Positions 1 to 34,812 of a DNA stretch of 64,000 nucleotides are shown here, in pieces. The stretch covers positions 30,692,001 through 30,756,000 of the forward strand of contig NC_087251.1 in NCBI RefSeq assembly GCF_037042905.1, given 5' to 3'. Within the stretch, counting starts at the first letter, position 1. Each line of letters begins with the position of its first letter. The notes beneath the pieces are model-generated. The model searched no databases and was not told the origin of the DNA. It saw only the letters and a list, made by a program, of their open reading frames with translations. The position numbers and the translations under genes are program-made. This stretch comes from Lytechinus pictus. Its lineage: Eukaryota.

Positions 1-238
1 GTAACCAATTGAAACGAATTGGCCAAACTACGTAATAAAGGGTTTTGATTGCATTTGGTCGTCGGGTGCCATAAACCGCCGTGAACCGTCAACTGAACCG
101 GCGATGTCAGTGTGATCGTCAACCGGCTATGTATGATCACCCCTTAGGTGTAATATTATGTTTTCTATGACCATTTAACTATACACCTGCGTATAATGAT
201 TTTTTTTTCAATATTATTTCTTATAATCTCTTATATAG

Positions 239-371
239 ATACCGGATGTCTTCCGATGATGATCCAGACAAGAAGCGCTACGGTGCCTCTCCTCTGTTTG
301 GCATCAATCTTGTTATCGAATCACGTGGTTACATCAGGCTCGGGGACCCTGTCTATGCAAGCTTGACCTAA
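239..371 (+). CDS. MTARC: Last coding exon of an upstream mARC (MOSC-domain) paralog; rest of gene lies left of the window
   Basis: AG acceptor at 237-238; reads YRMSSDDDPDKKRYGASPLFGINLVIESRGYIRLGDPVYASLT*. Matches the mARC C-terminus (YR...YG.SPLFG...G.I..GDPVY) and has the same length and phase as exon 8304-8436. Confidence 0.88.
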
Positions 372-1189
372 ATCCGTATTCAGTATCTCTAAACTTTTCA
401 AAGGCACCTGAAATTAATATCGTTTCTGCAAATTCGTATTTTGACATCACTTAACTGTAGAATTGACTTCTGCTGATTAAACTCCCAATTAGGTCTCATA
501 TTTGGTGTAATGCATGCATGTCTACAGAAAGCTGTCTTTACACCACAAAAAAAGGAACTGTATGGCAACTGTTTTAGGGGTCTTTCAAGCTAGCTCCTAA
601 TGCCGATATTCTTTAGTTGTTGGTAGAAAGCCACGGAAGATTAAGGATGCACCTGGATGACGAGGTTATCTAGGAGGTTGCAGATGGATAATAGGGAGTT
701 TTCGCTTTCCAACGTAGAACAAATTCAAAGACACCATAAGTGTATTGGAAATGCCCGTCACAGCTCGGAGGTCTTTGTCGAAAATTGGTGAACCGGAACA
801 GCATTTTCGTCCTAAGTTTCGGAACTGACTGAACAATTGCAAATACAGTTGTTCTCAAAAGTTAGTGAACCACTTCACAAAATGCACTCATTTATGCCGA
901 GTGTTGAATATTGACCCCACACTACAATGTTCGGCGAGCCCAGAGAAACAAACTTAATTTAATTAAATATCTATCACATGATTTCACAATCAAATATCTA
1001 AAACAGCACTTGAACAATTTACACCTGGACATTTTCTGGTGGGGTTTGAAAATTTTCGACGAAGAATTATGGGTTGCTCTTTGTCATGAAGGGCATTTGA
1101 CAATATATTTTCTATGTTCTTGAAAGCGTTATGCGTCGCGGTGAAAACACTATCTTCTGCCTTTTTTAGACCATGTTTTATGTAACCTG

Positions 1190-1600
1190 ATGACAAGATA
1201 CTGATTCATCTTCTTTTAGACCTCACTAAGTTCAGGTGATGAAATACTTACTTGAATTTGTGTTTTCTTGTTTTTACCAAGTCAATTTGATTAGATACTG
1301 GAACTTGTGTTTGACCAACTTCTAGTTTGCAAGATGCCAGAACTGTGTTTGACCGATTCGAGTTGATGAGATGCTAAAACTTTTCTTCTTCTAGCGACAA
1401 AGACTACTGGAACTTCTGTTTTCTTAGTGACCCCAAGTCAATTTGACGAGATACTATAGAAGCTTTGTATAATCATGTCGGGTTGACGAGGTACTGAAGC
1501 TTGCGTTTGACCAATTCTAGCTGTTTGACGAGATACTTGAACTTGTCGCGTTGTATTTATTCAAACATTTTTGCTGAGATTATGTCGACTTGACGATAAT
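1190..1600. repeat. Degenerate minisatellite, ~37-40 bp unit
   Basis: Recurring GACGAGATACT(GGAAC)TTGTGTTTGACCAA-type unit. Confidence 0.6.
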
Positions 1601-3912
1601 CCTATGCATCATTATCACCTTCATGGCTCATCTCGTCATCCCGGTTGACTTTTAAGATTCTGTATAATTTGCAGGGACTGTAGTGAAATACGTCAGTGGT
1701 CAAATAACTCTCGATAACCTCTATATAACTTCTATAATCTCTATAACCCACTTATACTACATCATGGTCGGAAAATTACTTCACAATATTAAAACTATTC
1801 ATTGTCATCAAGGATGACTTTTGACAAGATTTATCTTTCTTTTGACAAAAGATTGAGTTTAACAAATGGACTTGCTAGAATGCTTCTGAAATGACTAATA
1901 TCGATGTGTGTACCGTTTTGTGAAAGCAACGACAAATTTAGATTTTATTTTGTGGCAATATCAGCAATCAAGTAGATGAAAAATCCATTAGGAGCTATCA
2001 ATAAACTCAGGAGAAGCTGATTCCCGCTTCCCTCTTGTTTCCATGATTTATCTATCTCTTGTTTTGGAGAAAGTGCGTCAGAGTATAAGAGCTTTCGGAG
2101 AGGGGAGGAGTGATGAAGGGGGGTGGAGAGGGAAAGAAACTGGAAGGAAGAGATATACGATGAAGAAAGAGAGAGAGAGATGATGTGTGTGTGGGAGAGT
2201 GTGTGTTTGGGTGTATGTGAGATATATGAAAAAATGTGAAGTGTTGATCTGTTAGTATGAAATGTTGAGTTTTTTTTATACTGAAACTTAAAGGTATTTT
2301 TTGTATAGGCCACCCACATACTTCAATGATTAGAGAGAAGGGGCATGATGGTGACGATCCGTATAGGAAATCAATAATTCATTTGGGTTCAAAATAGACT
2401 CTGTTTAAAGGAAACATCACAAAAACTTACTTTCATATTTAATTTGTATCTAAACTCACGCCTCCACAATTACACTAACATGTCATCCCATTATATAACC
2501 ATCTACATTTTATTCTTTGTAAAATGAGAAGCTTTGATGTTGTACTTAAGGAGTACACCCCATTCGTATGGGATTTAAGCCTCAATTCCTTTAAAAAGCA
2601 GCAGCTCCTCATCGATTTTTACTTTCTTTGATTATGCTGTACAGTGTTCATAATAGACTTCAATTATACTCAGGATACAGATGATCCTACAGGTTTAGGC
2701 CTATACCAATTGTCATATCCACAAACACGGGACAAAGGTCCATGCCTCTAGACAACAGTTTTTTCTGGAGTGACCTCATCCTTGAAATAACGAGCAGAAA
2801 CATCATATATATTTTCAGCCAGGAACAATTCAGCTTGCGACTTAGTAAAAGGAAGACCTGCGTTTTAGACGTTTGAGTGCTTGTAGAGATTGTAAGTAAA
2901 CATTTTAATGTCGATCTGAGTAGGCCATTTTAATTCTTCTGTAAATAAATTGAATGCCTAAACAGTTTTTAGGTTGATCTTTAGATAAATTATTTCTCCC
3001 TACTCTTATTGCTTTTGCATTTCAATACTCGAAATGTAATTTATCTAAAATGTCCAGCTTAACTAATGAAAATGATTTCCATCGCGTAATGGCCAGAATT
3101 ACTCATAGAACACAATCTAATGACCAATGCAAGTTTTCAAAAGCAAGCCCTTTAACTTTAAAAAAGAAGAAGAATAAAAGGAAGAAGAAGATGTCGAAGA
3201 ATAAGAAGAAAGAATAAGAAGTTAGATAGATAGAAAGAAAGAAAAAAGAAAGGAAGAAGATAAGATAAGATGAGCAAAAGAAACACGAAGAAGCAAAATA
3301 ACAAGAAAATGCCCTTTTATTGAAGTGCTTATCGTTTGAGCACATTGTCAATGTAAGTTTTTACAATTTAATTTGGCTCTCTAATGGGGCTTTCAATAAT
3401 ATCTGTAATTTCCTGTAAACGTTATGATGTCAAAACAATCATACCCTTGACCGTGTGGTTTCGTATATCAGCCATTTATGAGACATTGTATTGTAATACT
3501 AACTACCTAACAGGCATCTCTAAAATGATTATCTTGAGTAAACACAGACTTTGAACCTGTCTATTTCTATATAGTTAACGGATCTTCACCCTCTGCAGTA
3601 CTATAGGTCATGGTAATTACATGTTTAAACTTTCATTTTTGGACAATTCTTTTAGATTATTCTACAGCATATTTGATAATTATCTTTTCTCAACCATTAT
3701 GGGGCAATTTTAAAACTTATTGGAATATTTTAATCAGGTATTATTAAACAGCAGGGAAGAAATAGACCTACAGGTGTACCATTCTTTATTATTCATTACT
3801 AAGTACAGTGAGGAATACTCGTGTGTTTTTTTTTTTTTAATTCTCTTACAGGACCAATAAAGCTGTTTTCCTCCTGCACATTCCCGTTAAGGGATGTCAT
3901 TAGAATCCAACC

Positions 3913-6900
3913 ATGCCTGAGATTAGCAACAACAACCTTGTTCTTGGTAGTCTGGTAGCGTGTGCTATGGGTGTGTTGGGCATCTCATATATCTTCTTAC
4001 GGAGAGAAAAACGCAAATTCACTCAGGTTGGAGTGGTGTCTAAACTCTTTATTCATCCAATCAAATCATGTAGAGGATTGGAGGTTTCTCAGGCTGAGTG
4101 TGTTGCTCTTGGAATCAAGAATAATGGAGTCATAGATAGGTAAGACTATAAGGTATACCCCCTTGGCCAAAAATAGTGTGATCAAAATTGTGGGGGGGGG
4201 TCGACAGAAATGTACGTGAATGCATACAATGGAAAAATATGGTAATTTGAAACCGGTTGAATGGTTTTAATAAATGATTATTCTGTCGCAGATTTTGGTC
4301 ACCAACACTATGAATCTGTTTAGCACATTAATAAAAATGTCTTCATTGTTCATTACTAGAATACTCCCCATCATGCCCATGGAGCTCGGACACTGAGCAT
4401 ATTATACTGATTGCAGGCAAGAAAGAATCCGATGACCAGTGTACTACTATTTATATTGAGTTCTTAGAGACGGTCATGTACGGCTGTGCCAGTGTGATAT
4501 ATGCTATTTCTAAGTTTAGAAAAAAGTCACTCTGGCCGAGGGTCAACAAGATGGATCTACGGGCCGAGATATTTGTTTTTGTTGTTTCATATTAAGTGTA
4601 TAGTAAACAATAGAATTAGATTTCTCTAATTTATCTAACATAACGTTATCCTTAACTTTTGATATATTTTCACTATCATATGGATACAATCGATCAAATT
4701 TAGAATTACTTTTATCAATTCTTCTTTTTCTTATTTCCAAATTTTTGTTTAGATCATTTATCATCATCTCCCCCGAAGGACGATTTGTGAGCCAGAGACA
4801 GCAGCCTTCTATAGCATTGATATCACCCTCTGTCTCAGAAGACAAGGAGAGTTTGTTGATCAATGCCCCTGGTATGACAACTCTGAAAGTCCCTCTCAAA
4901 GATCAGAACGGACCTGTCTGTAATGTTAAGTATGTGGCTTGAATATTTTGAACACCATAATAAATATATAGTTTGGGGTTAGAAATATCCACATTTTCAA
5001 CAAGAGTATTATGTATTTACTGAGAGCTTAACGTGTCATACCTTGAAACGCATATTATAGTATTTGAAATTGAACCATATCGATATCAAAGATATAATTA
5101 GCAGTTCAATAGCCGAATTCTGCATAATGATGAATAAATTTGCCATGCATCGGTCTTTCCTTTGCTCCATTTATCGATTTCACGTGATGGAAGTTTTACC
5201 ATCTAATTGTTTCATTCAAATGTGAAGGTGGATGTGGGTGTGGGTGATCGGATTTGTTCGTAACGGGCCGAGTGTGAAATTGTGTGTGTGTGGATGTGGG
5301 GGATTGTGCGTAGTTGCATTTGAGTTTGTGAGGGGGTACGTGTGTGCTCGGGATGATTTAGTGGGAAAGTATATGTGTGGGTGTGTGTGAGTGAAAATGT
5401 GGGTGGGTGTGCGTATGCGTGTATGAGGGTTTGTCCGTGACTATTTCTGAAAGTCTTGTCTCATTTTAAGCATTTAGAATTTCCAATTATGGACAATAAA
5501 TAAATACTTATACTTATTTTGATAACATTGTTAGCTTTTTACACTTCCACTCGCTCACATCATTACCATTTAATACTAACCCACAGGTTATGGCGACTGA
5601 TGATTGAAGGTGAAGATTGTGGTCATGAAGCCAATGAATGGTTTAGCCAGTATCTAGGATCCCCTGGTCATAAGCTTCTACGTCATTCAAAGAGAATCAA
5701 GGGAAAGGTGTTCTCACAGGACTCTCTTTGGGGAAGCAAAGCAAAAAGGGGAGAAAAGGTGAGGTAATTTTTATGATTACATAATTCCTTTATGTTTTAC
5801 AAATATTTGATAAACTTTACCTCGAATATAATGCACTGTAAAAACGCTCCATATCATATCCACTCCATTAATAAATCCTGCATGCGCCGCTTCAAAGCCC
5901 CCCCCCCAAAAAAAAAAGAATACTTTAAAATCATAACCGTTTAATTTAATAATTTGAAATATTTAAACATCAACCCAGCCGCTCAACCACCTCCCTCGAT
6001 TTTAAATATAATACCAAGTTGTGTCAAAAACTGATGTTGAACTAAGAATATAAAAGACGGTGTATATAGCTCTTTGTTAACTTATGTTAACTCATTTTCA
6101 GTGGTATATAAATATGTTATTCTATAAGATCGTACAACATGTGCAACATTTATTGGTTTGTATTTCTTTTTTCTTTCTTATTTTTATTCCAGTCTGCGTA
6201 CCAGGACCTGGCTCAAGTAAATATATTAAGCGTTGCTTCGCTGGATAGCTTGAATTCAAAGTTAGAAAAACCAGTTCAGCTCAGAAACTTCAGACCAAAT
6301 ATCGTGGTAGAAGGAACAAGTGCATTCTGTGAGGTGAGATTCTTACTCAAAGAAAACTTCATATCAAACCAAGGTGATATTGGTCAGGGGTGCAACTGGA
6401 ATTTTGGAATGGGGGACATTTTTAAATCATATTGAGAAAGGGGATCGAAAAGGTCATCACTCCAACGCGTTTCCTTTCCATGAACATTCGACAAGGCCAT
6501 CCCATTAGGGTCTTCGCTTTGAGAAGTGACATATTTTTTCCCACCACTAAATAGGGGTACCCAAGAGGGAGGGGGGGCAATACCACCTGATATTTTTATA
6601 GTTGGTTTAAAAGGGGGTCTTTACCTTGTTTTCTATCTTACAATATTTAATTCTACTTTTGGAGTAAGCACTTCTGCATCATAAGAAATGAAAGTATATA
6701 CTGTCCAGATTTTTTTTGTATATTTGGCAGCGTATAAAAGTGTTTATACATGTACATAATTATATACCCACTTATAAGTTATCATATTTTGGTACATATC
6801 ATTTTAAAGTGCACTACAGGTGCCACGAAAAAAATAAAACATTGCTTACAATGTCCATATGTATTTCTTCTCTTGCAGGACAAATGGAAGTATGTCAGAA

Positions 6901-8436
6901 TTGGAGAACAAATTTTATTGAGGACAACTCATCTTTGTGGAAGGTAAATAACAGCACGATTTGTGGTATTGTTACTTCATGTATACTTGGTCTGATAGAT
7001 TAGGGTATGTCATCTATAGGAGGTTTCTTTCTTTAATTATTAAAAAAAATATGATAGTCCTGTTGTCTCCAAATAGTTGCACATGCACAATATATCATAT
7101 TGGAAAGTAATATATTTCTTTCCATATATTTCTAAAAATGCACATTTTCTTAATCTTTATATACCTGACTGCACTGAAAATAATTTTTAACGGTTTACTG
7201 TTTGAATATCATTATAAACTAACATTTGAAAAGAAAAAAATGTTCTGTACTTTAAAAAAATCAGCTTTATGGCCATGAAAGATGCGAATTTCATGTAAAA
7301 ACTTGAATAAAAGAACATAACACCAAACATAGACTTCGGTGTTATGAACATTAGACGGTGTTCTGAGAGAACCACACACTCGGATGTTAAACATACACCA
7401 TTGGGTTAGATCATGAATATTGGCAAAAATAATTGGGACTGGGTGTCAAATTAACACCATGAATTTAACACTTGACTGCATGCTTGATATGTATATTTTC
7501 AGAACACCGATTGGTATGATTTAACACAAATATTTTTACAGTGTAGGACTATCATAAAAACATACCTTTTTTGTTCTTTTCGTATTATCATAAAGATGTC
7601 GTCAGACCACTGTTGACCCTGATACAGGAAAGTTTATGGAAAGCGGAGACCCATTGAAGACTCTCAAATCGTAAGAATTATCATAACATCAAAATAGTAT
7701 TTTCATGATCACTGGAAAATTCAACCATTCCTGATGAAAATTGACTTTAATTGATTTTTTCAAGACATTTATAAACAAGTGAATTAGAAGCAAAATTTTG
7801 TACGTTTTAAAACGTTTAAGGTTTGTGCTATGGTACTCAAAACATACAGGAGTTCAATACTGAGTACTTCGTCCTGACAAAGATTGTTGGGGCTATCGAA
7901 AAGCTGGAAGTGAAAAAAGAGGGAGGGTAAATGCAAGTTTATCAAGTCGGATATAAGAATACAGAAGTCATTTTGATAAATTTATTTTTGCTCCAGTGAC
8001 CTTTTTAGAGTAAGAATCACTCTTCCACTCGTCGACCATTCTTTATGAAATTATTGCATTCCATTTTCATACTTCCGGCAATATTTCTCATGAAACATGT
8101 AAAATAAATAAATCAATTAATTAAAAATGAATGAATGAATAACAAAATGAATAAACAAATAAATGAATAAATAAATATATACTAAAATCTAAAAAAAAAT
8201 AAAGAAACTATCAAGCAATTTTACTCTCGGCAACTATTCTTGTTGCGAAAACTGCCCGATATTTATCTACAACATCACTATATATGTCTCTTGTCGTATA
8301 TAGATACCGGATGGCACCCCCAGATGACCCAGACAAGAACCGCTACGGTGCTGCACCTCTATTTGGAACCAACCTAGCTATCGAATCGTTTGGGTATATT
8401 CAAATAGGTGACCCTGTGTACGCAAGCATCGTCTAA
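3913..8436 (+). CDS. MTARC: Mitochondrial amidoxime-reducing component (mARC/MOSC molybdoenzyme), 7 coding exons
   Basis: GT-AG exons 3913-4139, 4753-4929, 5587-5758, 6193-6333, 6879-6943, 7596-7670 and 8304-8436 join in frame. N-terminal TM anchor, then HPIKSCRG, DR, EGEDCG, AYQD, NFRPNIVV, the Moco-ligand motif CGRC, TTVDPDTG and PLFG...GDPVY. Probable 5'UTR exon ends at ~2891 (GTAAGT), with an acceptor at 3851. Confidence 0.95.
7171..7546. mobile_element. Non-autonomous DNA element with CACTG(T)AAAA-type inverted ends
   Basis: GCACTGAAAATA at left, TATTTTTACAGTGT at right, internal AACACC/GGTGTT repeats. Confidence 0.45.
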
Positions 8437-8794
8437 ATTCATATCACTTCTTAACTTAAGATATTGTTATAATTTCCCAATCAAACTATATATTGTCCAG
8501 GTAATATGTTCTCTTTAATAGAATATGTTTAAAAAGTAACAATAATGATAATATTAATAATGTGCAACATTTATATAGCGCTTATATAATGTTTCTAAGC
8601 GCTGCATACTATTACGGTAATCTGAAAACTTTCTACTAAAAGAGATCATTTGAAAGTGTTTCCCCAAGCAAAAACCGTATATAGGTATTTCTCCAGTTTT
8701 AAAATCCGTTAAGTAATTCCATGCTACGACATCCATCATCCATATCGATATTTCATGCAAGTTCATTTTTTTAAAGATTGTTTTAGATGAAAAC

Positions 8795-8997
8795 GGTTTC
8801 AACTCCTTTCAATCTCTTGCCCCCCGTCTTTGGAACATACTCCCTCCATCTATTCGAAATCTCTCTTCTCCTGACCTCTTCAAAACACACTTATATAACC
8901 ATAAACCTTAACTTGTCTTATATGCAATCAACAGCGCTTTGTATCCCCTGGAAAAAAGCGCTATATAAATCCAATTATTATTATTATTATTATTATA
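8795..8997 (+). mobile_element. L2-clade LINE 3' fragment downstream of the mARC stop
   Basis: Reads SFQSLAPRLWNILPPSIRNLSSPDLFKTHLY, followed by an AGCGCTTTG...AAGCGCTATATAAAT stem-loop and (ATT)n tail. Confidence 0.75.
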
Positions 8998-9598
8998 TGC
9001 ATTCCATCTGAGGTCATTTTGAATTCATTTATGACAACAATTATTGAAGATTATGAACTTCCAAAAAAAGTTTTAGGACAACGTCTTTATGTTTGTTAAA
9101 GAATTAGTGTATTGTCGCAAAAGATTGTTTATGTCAAGCGAGAGTTTTTACGACTGCATGTACCACTATAATTATGTTTTGACATAATTTTGGATAATAA
9201 TTATAAAGTCACACGCAGTTTGGTTTCAGATGCCAAGAAAATGTTAAACAAATACCGTACAGAAAAATGAAATGAAATCATAATTATTGTATGCCTATAC
9301 TCTGGTAACATTATATATTATCATATGTGATACTGCCTTTTGTACTTGCTATTTAAAATTATAGAATGTTGGTGAGAATAGTGAAATAAATAGAATGAAA
9401 ATGATTTTTAATCTTTATCGTTTTATGTGTAATTCAATAGTATTAAAACACAATTTATGTCAATAACATTACACATAAAACAGTTTCGTCACATGTGAAA
9501 TATTGAAGCATTGTTTGCATTTTGGCAAAATGAAACTATGACTCATCTATAAGCTCTTATTTTTGCGTGTGAGAAGGTGTTTGTTTTTGTTTTTTGCA

Positions 9599-10580
9599 TT
9601 TTTGTCTCACCTGCATAGCAGAGTGAGACTATAGGCGCCGCTTTTCCGACGGCGACGGCGGTGGCGACGGCGACGGCGACGGCGGCGGCGGCGTCAACAC
9701 CAAATCTTAACCTGAGGTTAAGTTTTTGAAATGACAGCATAACTTAGAAAGTATATGGACCTAGTTCATGAAACTAGGCCATAAGGTTAATCAAGTATTA
9801 CTGAACATCCTGCCTGAGTTTCATGTCACATGACCAAGGTCAAAGGTCATTTAGGGTCAATGAACTTAGACCATGTTGGGGGAATCAACATCAAAATCTT
9901 AACCTAAGGTTAAGTTTTTGAAATGTCATCATCACTTAGAAAATATATGGACCTAGTTCATGAAACTTATACATAAGGTTAATCAAGTATCACTGAACAT
10001 CCTGCATGAGTTTCACATCACATGACCAAGGTCAAAGGTCATTTAGGGTCAATGAACTTTGGCCGAATTGGGGGTATCTGTTGAATTACCATCATAACTT
10101 TGAAAGTTTATGGATCTGATTCATGAAACTTGGACATAATAGTAATCAAGTATTACTGAACATCCTGTGCAAGTTTCAGGTCACATGATCAAGGTCAAAG
10201 GTCATTTAGGGTCAATGAACTTTGGCCAAATTGGGGTATTTGTTGAATTACAGCCATAAATTTGAAAGTATGTTGGTCTAGTTCATAAAACTTGGACATA
10301 ATAGTAATCAAGTATCACTGAACATCCTGTGCGAGTTTCAGGTCACATGATCAAGGTCAAAGGTCATGTAAGGTCAAAGAACTTTGGCCACGTTGGGGGT
10401 ATTTGTTGAATTGCCATCATATCTCTATAAGTGTATTGGTCTAGTTCATAAAACGTGGAAATAAGAGTAACGAAGTATCACTGAACATCTTGTGCGAGTT
10501 ATAGTAGTTTTCAAAATCAGCACTGCTGCTATATTGAATCGCGTGATGCAGGTGAGACGGCCAGAGGCATTCCACTTGTT
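9599..10580 (+). mobile_element. Helentron-associated non-autonomous element (HINE/DINE-1/Tsp-like)
   Basis: T-run insertion site, subterminal IR GTCTCACCTGCAT (9604-9616) / ATGCAGGTGAGAC (10546-10558), (GGCGAC)n microsatellite, about five tandem 163-192 bp core repeats, CTTGTT 3' end. Confidence 0.85.
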
Positions 10581-13500
10581 TATTTGCATGTGTTCGGGTT
10601 TGGAACAATGTTGATCGCTACCGCGTATAACTTTTCATACGTTCTTTTTAATATCGTAAATGTAGTATAACTATTATAATAAATATATATATTTCTTCAA
10701 ATCATAACATCTTTAAATCATGACTAAGATTGATGACAACGAAAGAGAAAGAAAGAAATCAAGAAAAATCAGGAGAAAGAAGGAACGGGTAACAGCACAA
10801 GGGGAGGGGTGGTAGGCAGGTAAATAAGTTGTCGGAGATGAATGACTTATCAACATCCGTGAAAGTATACAGTCCACCAGGTTGGTGTATCATCGTACTT
10901 GTACTATACAGTGATAACCGGAGGTGAATAGGAGATAGATATGATAGAAATTGAAACATGAAAAAAACAAAGGTATATAAATCACATGCAAATATTTGAA
11001 ATTAATATGCAAATCAAAATAGAATATGATAAACTCAAACTTTATTAAAATTTAAGAAACCACGCTGATGAGTATGTCAGTATTAGGCCTATATGCAGTT
11101 TCCATTTCATTGATGCTTGATTTATTTTTAATCGTGACTTTATAAATATTCTAATAATTCACAACATACCTTTGTCCCAAATTTCTTTCCATAATTAGGC
11201 CGAAACATCAGATAGGTAAAATAGCATAAAACATGGACTATACATTTTTCATCTTGAGAACACGGAGAACATGGAAAATGTGTGAGCAAGTGCCCTTTTG
11301 CCTTCTTGTAAGTGCCCTATCTCGTATCAGTCCGCATTTTTACCCAAGAAATATGCCGCACACGAATGTGTTCTGTGCCCCTTTTACATGAGGACCCATT
11401 TTTACATTTTAATGAGTGCCCCTTTGAAACAAGAAAACAATATTCTCATTTTTGTATGTTACTACAAAACTTGTAACAATATAATCCTACGTGCCTTAAG
11501 CTTCATGAGTCATGTCAGTGGGGTAGATAAGCAGAGTCGTACAGATGTGGGGCTCTTGCCCCTTCCCCAAATTTTTTACGACCAAGAAAAAAATAGAAAA
11601 GGAAAGAGAGAAGGGTGAAATATGATATTTTATAAATATTTGTTGTCAAAATCTATCACAAAATTAGATTTTCGCTATAAAAATGTTTTTTAAAAATTGC
11701 TCGCTCGCTTCGCTCGCAACTTCTTATAATTTTTTATGTGACACGATATATCTAGCCCCCTCAAAATTTTGGCCATTATGCTTCTGTAGATAAGTCACTT
11801 TTCTTTGTTTTAAGATAGTGCCCTTTTCGAAAGAAAAGGTGCCCTTTTCCCCCTGTGCTCCCCCCTTTCAACTTCCCCTCCTCTGTATCAAGGTCACTAC
11901 AATATAAATGAAATACCTGCTTTTATAAAATACACATTCATACAAGTAAAAACCTAAAAAGAAAGAAAGGGTAGATCATGTGGCCCTGTAAAATAATTAA
12001 GTTCCCTTCAATATTTAGAACACAATATTGACATCAACTGATACGAAATATAAAGTACAGGTAGTTTGTATATTAGTTTTTTAGATGGTATAAATAAATG
12101 GTAACATTTTTTTAAATAAAAAAATATTAAAAACATTAAAGGTCCTTCCAAGTATCTCTCAATAAAAGAAAGGAGAGGGGACTTAAAAAGAGACAGAGAA
12201 ATAAGAGGAAGATACTAAAAGAGACACATGCGAGGGAGAGAGGGGGAGTGGGAGAGAGAGATAGAACAGTGGGAAAACGATACAAGAATGAGAGATGAGG
12301 CGGGAAGCAGAGCAATGTATGTGGGTGTGTAGATTGAGTGTGTTGGTGTGTGAATTTAGTGGGGTAAGAAAATGAGAATTGGAAGAGGGGAGCAGGCAGA
12401 TGCGGATTCATGGGTCCGAGGTGAACTTGCCGCCCCCCCCCCCCCACGCACACACCAATAAAAAAAATCAAAGAAAAGTAAAAGGGAGACAGGAAAGAAA
12501 ATAAAGAGGAAAAAATAGAGTAAATTAATGCGTAAAGAAGAAAGGGAAAAGGAAAGGCAAACAAAATAAGGGAAGTGATGAGGGGGGTGGATCAAAGAAG
12601 GAAATGGGAGAGAGTAAAAAGGAAATGGAGAAGAGAGGATGGATATATGACAATGAGAATAGAAGGAGTAGAGCAGGCTTAATTAAAAGGTCTATGGGGA
12701 GAGGCCCGCAGGGCCTGGATCCGCCACCGGTATGTGAGCCTACTTATCGTTTTCGATGATGATTTTTTTCTCTCTCTCTTTCCGTCTAGCACCATTATGA
12801 ATTTTCGTGATTTGCAGTCCATAAATGCAGTAGGCCTACCCTTTTTCGTTATTCGTGACCTTTGTTACGAGTTGCATTTTGGATACAGCAGGGAGATTTT
12901 GCCAACCAATTATAAATGATTCAGGCAGGAGATTGCTTTTAAAACTTAATCGCTTATTACGATTTTAAGATTTAATTTAATCAAGGTTGCTGTTTCAAAT
13001 TTAAGAATTATTACAGGGGTGGATTCAGCTTTTGCGGCAAATAGGGAGTGGGCGACAAACTTGTTTTCATTAACAGTTTCTCCAATCTGCCGCTGTTAAA
13101 CCGATTTGTTGTTGTTGGGTTTTGGGGGTGGGTGGTACTGAATAAAGATTGAATTAATTGTTAAGTAGAAATTGGCTTTATTATTTAAAAAAAAAAGATA
13201 TTGTATCTCACGGGGCCTGGATAAATAACGCGAGCGCGAGCACTAGCGTATATTTTTATATATTTCATATATTTAATTCTTAAAGATTGAAACGAAGAAA
13301 TTTTAGGGAATGCTTGTGAAATTCATGAAGATGATACGTACGTACATGTAAATGCATTTCAATTCATTAAAAATATACATATATAAATACAATAGATGAC
13401 AAATGCATTCTACAATTCATGTACAGTATATAGTAGATGAGGAAATGGGGGGGGGGGGGGACTAAAAAAGCAAAAAAGTTTGTGGGTTACTGAAAACGTC

Positions 13501-14090
13501 CCCAGGGTTTAATAACCTGAATGCTTTGCTATTTTTCGATTCTTCCAAAGTTCCCGATTCCCTTTAATTTCCATCATCTTTTCTTTCTTTCTTCTTTTTT
13601 ATTCTCCTTTCCTTTTTTTTTTTGCGGCCGCCGGTCCGCCCATGAAAACAAATTAAAGAGGGCCTGTAAGAAACATAAATGGAGTTTATTTTGCTTTCAT
13701 CACAGAGATACAAATTGAAATAAATGATTTTTACATAATTATTACTGAACATGGTTCAAATTTATTTTACGGCGGAAGTGTTCTAAGAAAATATCCCGGG
13801 AAATATATTTTTAAAAAAATTATCAAATTTATTCAACTTGGCTTCCCATACTCGAATGGATAGAGCAGCGTGTCATAATTTGTTCGCCCTGCTGTACGTG
13901 CATGCGGGATGATCAGCGGCATCTCGTGAATACTACCCCGGCAGCTCCCCGAGTGAAAGAGTGTATCGTACCGGTATCATTAATTTATAGACACGAAGAT
14001 TCACTGAGAGATCGAGACCCACTCGGCTCTCGCTCTTTTTGCGTTTAATCCATATGAAGTTATATTATCATCATTTGATTGACAGGAAAA

Positions 14091-34812
<20,722 letters not shown>

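Noticed and set aside
12136..12595. Hydrophobic Phe/Leu/Ser-rich ORFs (also 1945-2319, 3103-3351, 29605-30061)
   Set aside because: Antisense translations of purine-rich low-complexity tracts.
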